Part shown: in pieces, positions 1 through 11,441 of the stretch | Numbering within the stretch: the first letter of the stretch is position 1 | How the letters are laid out: every line of letters starts with the position of its first letter | Assembly (NCBI GenBank): GCA_904063045.1 | Contig: CAJFCJ010000069.1 | Span: 1 to 58,096, forward strand | Source of the DNA: Dimorphilus gyrociliatus | Lineage: Eukaryota > Animalia > Annelida | Direction: 5' to 3' | Length of the DNA stretch: 58,096 bases | The notes under the pieces: model-generated | The model's database searches: none | Told to the model about the DNA's origin: nothing | What the model saw: only the letters and a program-made list of their open reading frames with translations | Made by a program: the position numbers and the translations under genes

Positions 1-40
1 AAAATTTTCTCATTCTAATTAATCCATTTCTTTATCGTAG

Positions 41-3011
41 ATGCAACAATAACGAGTGTGTAAATTTCAGTGATATCTGCAATAGCGAAAGAAATTGCCA
101 AGATTATAGCGATGAAATATGTTTTTCGCAACATTCGATTGACGATAGATACAAGAACAGTTTGCATATCTTTTTATATTGGGAGGAAATAATCCCATTT
201 GATTAAGCCTAAGTTATCTAATTAACAGATTGTAATAAGGATTATCAAGTGAAATGCGAAACGAAATGCTTAAGTAAAGGGTTAAAATGTAATTTTATGA
301 ACGATTGTTCAGATAGGAAGGACGAGAAGGGATGCTATTATATATATGTTTATATGGATAATCCGATATCGGATTACGGAAAATGCATTATAAAATATGA
401 TACAATGCATAATCTTCTAAGCAAAATTCGTTTTCCTTTCGATACTTTATTGTTTTGCAATGATTTTCATTGTACAAAATCGCAATATAAATGCTACTAC
501 GCGGGGTATTGCATCGATATTGATAGGGTTTGCGACGGATTAAATCAATGTCCCAACGGTGATGATGAAATTTTTTGCGGTACAATAAAATATAATAAGC
601 AAAATTTATGATAATCGAAAAATGTTCATGTGCAGACAAATACATTGCGAAAGGATTCTTTAAATGTAGGAATGAGAGTATCTATCTACGAGATGAACAA
701 CTCTGCAATAAGAAATACGATTGCCAATATGGAAGTGACGAAATATTCTGTTCAAGACCTCTAAAATTATACGCCGACATATGTAGTTACAAATATGAAT
801 ATTCATTAATCTGTAAGAATAATAGATCAGTTAGAAGGATAAATTTTGCTAACGAAATCAAAGTATTATTGCTCGATGGAAATTTTGTACTGAATTTGCC
901 AAAATTCTTGTACTTGAATATCTTTGTAATTGAATTGGTAAAAAATGATTATTTATATAAATTAAACGAAATCTCAATGCCAAACATTTTTGCCATTGAT
1001 ATTCATTTCTGCAATATGAGTAGTGTTAACTTTTTCAAATATACAAAATATTCAAATCTTCAATATATGAATTTTTCATATAATCCTATTCAAAGTTTAG
1101 ACTTTTTATCTGTCATTCATTTGGATAATCTTTTGGTATTGGATTTTTCAAAAACAAATATTGGTATTATTGGAATTGAACATTTTAAAAAAATGAATAG
1201 ATTAAGAATATTCAAGATGAACGATTGTAGAATAAAAAATATTGAAAAATACTCATTCAAAAGTCTTCTTAAAGTTGAACAGTTATTTTTAATGAAAACA
1301 ACTTTTCCAATTAAATATATTAATGAGTTTATTGGCAATATGCCAAATTTATACTCTATTCAAAGTAACACTTTTCAGTTGTGCTGTTTAGCTTGGAGAA
1401 AGCTACAATTTATTGGAGATAATTGTAGACCTTCACCCTCCGGTTTTCTAACTTGTGAGAATATATTTTCATCTCATTTAATAAGAATATTATTTTGGAT
1501 TATCGGTATTTCCGGTTTTATTGGCAATTTGTTAGCATTAACATTCATAGCGTCTTCTAGCAAAGCCTCTAAATATTTTAGAATTTCCTTAGCGTCGGCA
1601 GACTTTTTAACGTCAATATATATTATAAGTATTGCAGTGGCAGACGCCTATTTTTCCGGTGAAAAATATTTGGAAAATGAGCAATTATGGCGAAATAGTC
1701 GAATTTGTACAATGTTTGGTGTTATTTTGACATTTGCCCTATTATTATCAACATTTTCAATACTTTATATATCTATTGAGCGTTATCAATCCGTTTCAAA
1801 ACCATTACAGCAATCATCTTTTAAAAATAATCAAAAACTTTTATTAGCATTTACAGTTCCGGTTTTGTTCTTTGTATCATGTCTACCAGTCTTCATATAT
1901 CGGGTAAGATGTATAAAATTTAAGTGTATCTACCAAAAAACAGTATTCTCTCAAGAATTTTTATTCAAAATCAACAATATGTTTTAATATTCACGTGAGG
2001 AGCGACAATACGGAAGGATGGATATTTTCATTCGTTCTATTTGGAATAGTCATATTTGCATTGAGTTTTTACATTTCAATTGTCTATATTCATTTAATTT
2101 TACTATTAAAGAAGTCTCTGACATTTCAAGTAAAAAATTTATCCAAAAGTGTTTACATCTTGTCATTTTCAAACATTGTTTGCTGGTTACCAATATCAAT
2201 ACTTTGTAGGTGCAAGAAATTACGCTTAACATTGACCTTTAACCTATGACTGTTGACCCATTCCATAGCAATATTATCAGAATTAATAAATGTTGATATA
2301 AAGAACGACATCTATAATGGAATATTTATTTGTATCGTTCCAATTAATTCTGTCATTAATCCATTTATTTTTTCGATTGGAGAATTTTACAATAAAATCA
2401 AATTAAAAAAAGTTCAAGATTTGGAATCAAAGTTGTTTTTCTTGTTAAATTTTTAAATATTTTCTTTCATACCCTATTTCACAGAAAGTTAATGATAAAA
2501 AGTATACAGGAAAAATATATACTTGAAGGTGAAGGACAACTAAGTATAAAAAATAAAGACTAAACAATTTTTCTTTCTTTTTTTTCAATAGTTGCATCCA
2601 TATTCAACAATAAAAATGAAATATTTTTTATGTCTTTAAAGCTTCCAGCAAACGCTAGCAAAGTTGTTTTTGATAAAAGTTTCTTTAAAAAATGCAACCA
2701 TTTAAAATGCATTAAGAATATTTTTGATGCTTTAAGAATATTACACGAAACGTCGCTATCTCCAAATTGTTTTGATATTGAAGATAGCATCTTTTTTCAT
2801 GTTAGATTTCTCTTATTTTCTCTCCAGTCTGCCTTTTAAAATCCTTTTTATTTTTAAGAGAAAGAAAGAAATATATTTTATAGCTTATGATAATCTAGAA
2901 AAATCAACTTTTGATAAAGAAAAGGAAAATATCAATAATTTTGGTTTGTTTATTAGAAAACTTTTACAAGTTAGAACAATTTGCGAAAAAGAGCGAAAAA
3001 TAATGAAATAA
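41..3011 (+). CDS. GRL101-like leucine-rich-repeat GPCR (LDLa repeats + LRR + class A 7TM + kinase-like C-tail); multi-exon, 5' part lies outside the window
   Basis: LDLa exons (CNNNECVNFSDICNSERNCQDYSDE at 41; CYYAGYCIDIDRVCDGLNQCPNGDDE). ORF 608-1987 encodes LDLa, LRRs and TM1-4 with SIERY. TM5-6 lie in 1956-2210 and TM7 (VPINSVINPFIF) in 2256-2431. Tail exons are 2485-2543, 2592-2800 and 2859-3011, joined by GT-AG introns. Confidence 0.88.
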
Positions 3012-4927
3012 AAACATTTAAATCTTTATATCAAATTGCCTTTTATTTTGTTCCAATAAAGTTCACATTTATTCCCATTTTAATCTTTCATAAATGGACA
3101 AAAAACCTTTTTGTGTGATAAAAAAGGATTTTGTACTGGCGGTGAAAAGTGTCATGAACTGTGTGACCTGGCTGCAAAAGAAATGTTCAAACAGTATTGA
3201 AACTTGAAAAGGTGGTTTGAAGAAATAGCATTTGTAAAGTACAGATAGATCACTATAGATTGTGATATAAATGTTTGTGTTTTCCACTTTTACCGTTAAG
3301 ACACAACTTGACCTGATGATTAATCAATCAATGTTTAATAGATTTTTTATCTAAATGTACATTATATCTCTATGTTACTATATTTCAAATCAATATTCAT
3401 TTTACAAGTTTTACGAGATTGCTCTCGCCTACTCTTGTGTAATTGTTTTTTTGAGAGATAACCATACTAGGCAATGACGAACGCTATCTGAGTGAAACTT
3501 CATTTCTTTTTAGACTATTGTAGTTTATCTGTTTCAATCTTTTTGCAAAGTGCAGCCCGCTGGTTTTCACATTATCAAAAGAACAATATGTTCTGTTCTT
3601 TTTCTTCTGTATATCTTCATTTTTTCGGATCAAGCAGGAATTTTATCTTTTAATCCTAACTGTAATCCATTGTTTAAAAAACTACTTTTCATTTTGAATT
3701 TTCTAGCCCTGTTCTTGCCATAACATAAACTGAATAAGATCAGGTTATTATTTCATTTAGTTTATCTTCGGTGGACATTTTCTTCTGTTCCCTGCCTTTT
3801 TCTTCTACTTTGTAGCAATAACACTCGCTAAGAGTTAAATATGAATTTTTGCGTTTTATTTGTCAAGAACTTAATACTATTTGAAAAAAGTATCCATCGT
3901 AACAATAGTTATGTTTATTACTCAGATTTTCAATAGAAAATACAAAAGTTAATATCAATAGTGAAGACTAACTAATTTTGTTTCTATTTTTATGCTAAAT
4001 CATCTCTTCTGATTTGAAGCGTCACTTAAAATGTAACTTTGATATCTGAATTTTGCGGGAAAGAAAAAGCGTATTTTGAAAAATCGATTTTCTAAAAAGA
4101 GAATATGGCGAATCATTAGAACCTGTTAAGAAAAACAATTAAAACAAAATCCTTAGAGTTGAAAGAGCCTGTTTTTATTACAAAAAGGATATAAAGAGAA
4201 ATATTGGGTAAATTTTTTTTATTCTCTTTTTCAAACCATTTCAATTTATCATAAATAGTCCTCCTCCACATAATTGTGTAGAGTTTAATGCTGATTAATA
4301 AAGAGATAATCTTTTTTGGCCGCTTTGATTTCACATCAAATTTGATAAACTCTACAAGTAAAGTCTATGTTTAAAAGAAAACAACTATACTATCGTAAGG
4401 GATTGAAAATTCAATTATAAGTCTCTTAAAGTCAGTCACAAGGTAATTGATAAACTTTTTTCTCATGGTCTTTCATTTCAACTAATACAGCCTTAGTGGT
4501 GTACACATTTTCCCCTTATTTACAATGATTACCGATTTTTGTAGTTTTTGTCTTTATTTTAATATAAAATCCCTCGTTTTCTAATAATCCATACTTCTAA
4601 ACTCAAATTCTGAAATAGGGCCAAATGGAACACTATAATGATAATATTGTTGTTAACTAACTTTGCTGTCGGCTAGTTTATTTGTCTCCATTATAACCGA
4701 AACTAACTGACAAGTAATCTACAACGTTTTTTAATAAAAAAGAGTCCATGTGTAATCATATTATCCATATAAATTCCCTTTATAATAAATTAATATTAGG
4801 TAGACAACTTAGTTAAATATTTCACAGACTGTTTTCAGGATCTGGAAAATGACACGCCTATTCTATTTCGAGAATTAAATCGACCATTTATTTTGTGTTT
4901 ATTTGGAGGTGCTTGTCTGAACTCAAT

Positions 4928-4935
4928 ATGCAAAT
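4928..4935 (+). promoter_or_regulatory. Octamer ATGCAAAT upstream of U1 (candidate snRNA promoter element)
   Basis: Exact octamer at about -72 to -65 from the U1 5' end, mirrored in the other arm. It is closer than the vertebrate DSE, so its function is uncertain. Confidence 0.35.
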
Positions 4936-4999
4936 GAGGTACGATTGTACAACTTTACAATTTTGAACTATATGAGCATGATATGAACAAATGAAAAGC

Positions 5000-5164
5000 A
5001 TACTTACCTGGCAGAAGGAATTGCTACGATCGACAAGGTAGCTTCCTCAGACTGAGGCCTTTCCATTGCACTTCGGATTGGTTGACGTCTGCGATCATCT
5101 CACATTGAGATGACTCGACTGTACAATTTTTGTTAGTGGGAGATCAGCGTTCGCGCGGTCTCCT
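5000..5164 (+). ncRNA. U1: U1 spliceosomal snRNA
   Basis: Starts ATACTTACCTGG. Has loop II ATTGCAC (U1A site), Sm site AATTTTTGT and terminal stem-loop GGGAGATCAGCG-TTCG-CGCGGTCTCC. Length is 165 nt. Confidence 0.97.
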
Positions 5165-5168
5165 TTAT

Positions 5169-5177
5169 GTTTCAAAG
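5169..5177 (+). terminator. Candidate snRNA 3' box (GTTTCAAAG)
   Basis: Matches the start of the GTTT-N-AAAR 3' box consensus just downstream of U1. Confidence 0.45.
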
Positions 5178-5376
5178 TCAATCTCTTTAGTCTAGTTGAT
5201 CAATCTTAATGTCGCCTTTATAAGTGAAATTGGCTGACTTTATTAGCCTACACAGGCACTCTCAAATCTTTATCATTTCAAAAATCTAACGAAAAATAAG
5301 GATCTTAGAATGTATGCAAGTTTGTTATAGGACATTTTTTTTAATACTCTAGTCAGTTCAATATTACGTATTTGTT

Positions 5377-5584
5377 GGATGCGACAGAAAACGGCCCCAA
5401 AAGCATGGTTTTACCCTAACCCTAAACCATCCCTAATGTATCGCTAACCCTTTTTCATTACTCCTAACCCTTAGATGGGATCCCCTTAACTACAAATCAA
5501 TAAATGCTTTTTTCCTCCTAACCATTTCTTAACCCAAAATGCTGCCTTCAAATATCCTTCTTGGGGCCGTTTTCTGTTGATCCC
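5377..5584. mobile_element. Mutator-type MITE, older subfamily
   Basis: Perfect subterminal TIR acagaaaacggccccaa (from 5384) / ttggggccgttttctgt (to 5577). 9-bp TSD gtatttgtt at 5368-5376 and 5585-5593. Internal ccctaac motifs. Confidence 0.85.
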
Positions 5585-6643
5585 GTATTTGTTATATCAT
5601 AAGAACAATTTTCCATATTTGTTTCTGTTTCTCCAAAACCCTTAATAGAAACAGCTAGACAATAATCTTCTCCACAATTACAAGAATATGTACAAGATGT
5701 GCTATCATCTCCAGTTATCAATATACAACTATAAAACTCACCCAAAAAACTTGGTTCTATCTGCCTTCCCATCGGAATGTATGCAACAATTCCAGAGGTT
5801 GACAATCCTTTTACAATGTCAGTACAATTTTGCAGATTTTTATCTTTAATTTCTATTTTTAAATTCTTCATATTGGAATTAACAGAAAGACAAGGAATTC
5901 TTAAATTGAACGTTTTAGCAGTTTCTATTCCAACACATTGTCATCAATCACACTCATAAGTTTTAGGCTATTTGTAGTTTTTATGTAATCAAAAATCGAT
6001 CCATTATTGCAGGATAGAATTATAACGTACTTTCTTGAGGTTGCCGAATTGTAGTCGCAGACATCTGCTGCCAAATTTTACTGCAGAACAGTGCTTTAGT
6101 CTTTGATCAGGAATGTAAATAATCATATCACAGCCAAATTGATTATAGCATACGTCTTTGGATTCTTTTATACTTTCTACATGATGCTATCTTTCTACTC
6201 CACATTTGGTTGTATAGCAAATTAGAGACATTTGCGCAACTATATGATACATAACTGTATCACCTAATTTCGTGCCACTTCTTTGCAATAATCACATGAC
6301 AGAATACATGCAGTTGTTAGGTAATCATATTGACAATAACTACAAGTGGAGAATTGTAAACATTTCCTAGTGCATTCTTTTAAAGAAATTGCGCTAAATA
6401 CTCTTAATTTTGAAATAAATGCTGTCATTTTCGACACCTTAATAAATTCGGGTTTGAACCACATCTTGTTTTGGTGATATTTTTGCACTGTCCAGGATTG
6501 ATAATTGGATCTGTCAATAAAATATGCTGAAGTTGGAAATATTTTTGTCTGTAATTGAAACCCTTACTACATTCTCCATTTAGTCGGCCACAATGGGAAA
6601 TATTGTAAAAGTTGAAAATTGCAAAGAAATGATAAATTACCAT
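5585..6643 (-). pseudogene. Degenerate PAN/apple-domain, Cys-rich secreted protein gene
   Basis: PAN-like SLKECTRKCLQFSTCSYCQYDYLTTACIL in ORF 6264-6488 and a Cys-rich segment in ORF 5548-5871. Frames are interrupted and the 3' end runs into the MITE. Confidence 0.5.
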
Positions 6644-6658
6644 AGAAGAAAAAATTGA

Positions 6659-7161
6659 CCCAATGAACCTATTGGAAGAAACTTTCTTATTAATAATTAC
6701 GTCATTCCTGATGATTTCTTAAAGAAAAATGTTCTTGAAAGTAATGAAACACTGATTATTTTTTCCACTTCAAAACAACTTAGAGTGTCAAAAGTCTGGT
6801 ATTTGGATGGAACTTTTAAGATTAACAAAGATCCATTTACACAGTTATTTTCATTTCACTCATTCATTAAAAAAGAAGGTGAATTAAAACAGGTTCCTCT
6901 TCTGTATCCATTCATGTCATCAAAAAAGAAAAAAGCATATAATCTGTTAGTCAAGGTAGTTCAATTTCAAATTTTTTTTCAAATGCATTTAATGATCATT
7001 CCACTGTTTTTCAGTGCAATAATCAACTGCTACAATATAAAGAACCAAAACAAATACATTTTGAAAAAGCTGTTTGGAAAGCTGTATTAAATAATTGGGA
7101 AAATGTAAATCTATCAGGATGCTTATTCCATTGGAATCAAGCAATTTACAGAAAACTTCAG
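6659..7161 (+). mobile_element. MULE (Mutator) transposase relic with one 59-nt intron
   Basis: WYLDGTFK...PFTQLFSFHSF...KQVPL, then an intron at 6956-7014 (GT..AG, phase 0), then IHFEKAVWKAV...GCLFHWNQAIYRKLQ, the MULE D..CxxH signature region. Confidence 0.88.
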
Positions 7162-7603
7162 GTATTTTTCAACAAAAAAATGGAATCTATTGTATAAATT
7201 ATGTATTATTTGCTGTTGATTCGAAATTAACATTCTTTCATCTTGAATTGAATAAAAAGAGTTACTTACCAACGATTTATTGAATAATGAAAGTACACTT
7301 TTCTAGTAAAAACCTTTGTGAGTATTTCAATATGGATATTGAAGAGTAATAGAATATCTGTATTTCTTTTTGATTCTTACTTATGGAAACACTGGGGCTT
7401 TTATAATTCCTTCAAGTCAATAGGAGAATGTTAACAGGAAGAATAAATTTATCAATAAAAATGAATTAAAAATATTCAAATATTCAAATTTAATTGATTT
7501 ATAATGTGTTTCATAGTAGTTATTCAATAAATGACAATATTTATTGATATGTGTTTCATAGTAGTTTTCATTAACATTTTCAAAACTCACAATTCTATTA
7601 GAA

Positions 7604-9116
7604 ATGTTGCCTGAAGTGTATATGTTCTATATTTTTGTCATATCAACTGCAAATATGGTTGAAGGGAAGAGTAAGCTATTTTGTAGTTTTTTTACTGTTC
7701 TTATTTATTGTTGAAGTGACAATTTATCTCTTTAAGCCTGCTCTTATTTAAAAATTGACCATAAAAAAATTTTAAATCATCATACTATGGCAGTTTTCTT
7801 TTATGATTTTGGTGTGGATGGATGTAAAATAGCATGCAGTCATTTAGATGCCTGCAAGTAAGTAGAAAGTAGATATTAATAATTCTGATATATTTATCTT
7901 TCTCAAATATTCCCTTATTATCAGATCATTCAATTTGTTTGAAAACCTAGGAAAGTGCAGCATAAAAAATAAAAGAAAAGATGAAACATTGGACTTTATC
8001 GATGCCAATAATATTTATTTCTATGAAAAGAACGCTTTATGCAGTGTGTTTCACTTTTTTATGTCTATTTGTAAGAATTATCTAATTTTAAACATTCATA
8101 TTTCAGACAATGAAACAATAGCAGGTAGACCAAGCAGAGCAGTAGCTTAAAATTTGACACTATAACTGTAATTCTAACAGAACATGTTTATTTCAAAAAT
8201 GATAACTTCGAGGCAAATTTGAATTATAATCTATTAATGTTTCAATCTAGAAATGGAATACCAGTACAACTAGAGACTTGCAAGATAGTTTGTGATTTTT
8301 TAATAAAATGTGTGTTAGTATTACAACAGAAATGAATTTTCACAATTTCTTTAATATGTCCAATTTATTCAGAGGATTTAATTTTCACAAAAATAATTCG
8401 AAATGCTGGTTAAAAGCCAATGCAAATTATAGTCCTATTACATTTAATCCAAACAACGGAGTCACCTTCTATAGAAAGGACAGTAAGTTTTTACTAAATT
8501 TTTGTCATATACTGTCCATTTTTGAATTTTTATCATTCCTCAATTCATCCATCACTCATATTTCAATCACATGGGGTTAGGCCACAGAATTATTATTATT
8601 ACACATATGTGTTAGCAGATTTCTTTATAACAGTCGGGATTTACTTGATGGATATTGAAGGGAGTTTCGATCAATTAATTAACCTGAGTAGATAAAGTAG
8701 GATATGAAAATTAAGATTACACCAGATTGGAATTATCTATTTTTATTATTATTTAGTCATTACATCTGTTCTGATATCTGAAATTTGAAATTCTTTAAAA
8801 AGTTATATTGACGTGCATTAAAGTTCAAACTGCCCACAATGTCCTAAATTAAATCCATAAAATTTGGCATATTCCGAATGTAAGATAGTTACAGGTATGA
8901 GTTAACTATACTTTTAGTGATTTATCGGATGGAATCTGAAAGTTGCTTATGTGTTTCATCTCTTGTAAAAAGTTAAATGACCAAATAGATACTTCAGCAA
9001 TTTAACAACTTTTACCAGATGATTATATATTGATTGATACAGATGACAAAAATTTTGCCTTCTTATTTTGCTCTCAAAAATTTTTTCGAACAATGGACTG
9101 GAAACCTTATTTTTAA
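7604..9116 (+). pseudogene. Degenerate multi-PAN/apple-domain secreted protein gene
   Basis: Signal-peptide exon MLPEVYMFYIFVISTANMVEG followed by gtaag. PAN pieces GCKIACSHLDACK / RSFNLFENLGKCSI and FRGFNFHKNNSKCWLK...GVTFYRK (ORF 8308-8580). In-frame stops occur in intervening and downstream parts. Confidence 0.5.
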
Positions 9117-9959
9117 CCCTAACACAGTCTGCGTTAACAAATTTGACATTTTCCTGACCTTAGAATACTCTTGGCCTAGGCCCAAAGTGAACACGTCCTC
9201 AAGAAACCAGCCCTACAGCTGAAAAATGCTGCTGCATTAGCAATGGCAAGAATTAGATATTCATTACTTTAAGGTTTGTCTTCCGCATAAAATTCACTTG
9301 ACTCTCTGTATATTAACTTTAGTATATATTGATATATAATCAAGCCTAGCAGCTCTATGCAGGGAGCTTGTGTTCGTATCATATACAGTGAATACTTAAC
9401 CAATCTGTTGATGAAAGTAGCTTTTTTTCTTACGACAAAGAAAGTATTCTCTACTAATATATTACAATCACAAGCCTGTCTCTTTCAAATTATTTGAAAT
9501 GAGAAAATGCCCCCAGAAAAGAGATTTCTTTTAAATTTGTCTCTATTGCAAAATTGAAAAGAAGAATTATTCAAAAAAGATGATTAACAGAAAAATGTAT
9601 GTAAAAGAAAGAAATGGAAACAACAGTATAAAATTTCACGTGTTTTCTTTTCTCACTACCAAATATTTCACCGTATTGCCTGTTCTTTGGAGCCTCAACT
9701 TGAAAAGATAATTTGATTTGCAAAACGAATATGAAATTCCGACACTTTCAATAAACTAAATCAACTTTATTAAAATATAAACATTGAAATATTTGAGTAC
9801 TTTTACAACATAAACCGAATGAATGTGTACTTGCAATGCAACATGAAAATTTACCTGTTGAAAAGTGATGAGCCAATAAAAAATGATCGAGTATGTGTTT
9901 TTAACATACAGAACAAGTCGCAGGTTATCAACCACTTTATGCTTCCTTTTTTACGAGTA

Positions 9960-10589
9960 TCACCTAAAAGTGGACCAAATCTTATAAATTATACATCCAT
10001 ATAACAGAAGAGATACAATAGCAATTAATTTCCTTTTTATAGTGATTCTCTTGAAAAGGATGGTAAAAACAGGAAAGCTAAAATTTTGAAAATTATATAA
10101 AATATTCTTAACAACAAAACAAGATAAAAAATATACAGCCACTAAAAAATCTGCCAGGAAAAAAATTATCCAATAAACGATTGAATATAAAAAGAAATCA
10201 ATGTTTCTATAGTGAAGATAATATTTTAACATTACAGGTGTGCCAAAAACGTTCAATAATTTTAATAAAAATAAAATAAACTCCAGTTCCTTCGCGTTGG
10301 ATGAGAGGGTTAGTTCATACACAATCATTGGTTGAACAGAAGCAAAAAGCACCAAATTGTCGTAATTTATTCTAAAACGGTGTAAAGAAGAGAAGATTTC
10401 TTTAGCAAAACAAAAAAAATAACCAAGATTCTTTACTTTCTCTAAACATGGAGTATTGGTTGCTGTATCTTCATTGTCAGTATAATCTATATTCTTCTTG
10501 AACATTAAATAAAAAAGAGGCAGCAAATGCGAAATCATTGGTAGTAAATACAGGAAATACATTAAGAGAGGATGAAATATTTTCTTCAT
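9960..10589 (-). CDS. Intronless multi-pass membrane protein, family not recognised (209 aa from ATG)
   Basis: Long open frame in AT-rich DNA with about 5 hydrophobic segments; first ATG at 10589. Confidence 0.5.
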   Translation of the reverse strand: MKKIFHPLLMYFLYLLPMISHLLPLFYLMFKKNIDYTDNEDTATNTPCLEKVKNLGYFFCFAKEIFSSLHRFRINYDNLVLFASVQPMIVYELTLSSNAKELEFILFLLKLLNVFGTPVMLKYYLHYRNIDFFLYSIVYWIIFFLADFLVAVYFLSCFVVKNILYNFQNFSFPVFTILFKRITIKRKLIAIVSLLLYGCIIYKIWSTFR

Positions 10590-11167
10590 TGTCAATTTGA
10601 GTCTTCAGTGTGAACAATTTCTCACTACAAGAGTTTTACTTAAGTTAACAAAACTATTATAGCAAATCTACTTTTGTTTACTTTGTTTCCTTTTAAAAGT
10701 TGTATATTTCTTGATTTTTCATTCAAATGTAGCAGCAATGTTTAGTCGTAATCACAATGTTTCTATTCTCACTCTTTTTGTCATGTATTTTTTTCTGTTT
10801 GATGTTTTCTATCATTCATATTAATTGAACTAAATATAACATTGACAAGTATTGAAAAATTTTCTAGGTTCAAAATATTTTATTCAATTTGAAGAAAGGT
10901 CTTTTTCGAATGGAAGAAATAAACCTTTAAAAGGTGTATACGACTATAGCATTCGTACTTTCTTTAAAATAAATATGAACATGTTTTGGTCACTTGACAT
11001 GTTCATTTATAGTATAAGGGATGTAAACTGAAACATTATTACAAAGTTTTTACTTGCTTCAGGTAGACGTTTAGAACTTTAAACTTGATGTAAAACAATT
11101 ACTCCACCAAAAAAATATATTGATACTTTTATAGCTTGTTCTTTTAAATTTATTATATATTTCAAAA

Positions 11168-11197
11168 TTTTGTGGCCGTTTTCTGTCGTATTCAATA
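11168..11197. mobile_element. TIR remnant of the older MITE, at the position equivalent to the 5377 copy
   Basis: ttttgtggccgttttctgtcgtattc; its reverse complement aligns with the left end of 5377-5584. Confidence 0.65.
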
Positions 11198-11240
11198 AAT
11201 ATATAATATTGAACTGACTAGAGTATTGAATAAAAATGTC

Positions 11241-11441
11241 GGGGTCAACAGAAAACGTCCACAAATGGGAAATTTCAAGGCTAAATTTTTGATTAAGAAA
11301 TGGTTAGGAAGAAGAAGAGAGCAACTGATTTGTACTTAGGAGGGTCTCCTCTAAGGGTTAGGGGTAATGAAAAAAGTTAAATACAGCCAAGAGCTGGGTT
11401 AGGGTAAAAGCACTGATTTGTGGACGTTTTCTGTCGCATCC
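11241..11441. mobile_element. Mutator-type MITE, young subfamily
   Basis: Perfect 19-bp subterminal TIR acagaaaacgtccacaaat (11248) / atttgtggacgttttctgt (to 11434). 9-bp TSD aaaaatgtc at 11232-11240 and 11442-11450. Near-identical to 26820-27026. Confidence 0.9.

Larger units (their letters stand above)
4731..5339 (+). repeat. Left arm of a 609-bp perfect inverted repeat containing U1 snRNA
   Basis: Compared line by line with the reverse complement of 11442-12050; no mismatch found. Confidence 0.95.

Noticed and set aside
3069-4334. Minus-strand short ORFs 3069-3287 and 4116-4334
   Set aside because: No recognisable motif or consistent exon chain; may be a decayed gene but cannot be supported.
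11079-11264. 61-aa ORF
   Set aside because: It starts within the MITE and reads through TIR remnant and AT-rich DNA.
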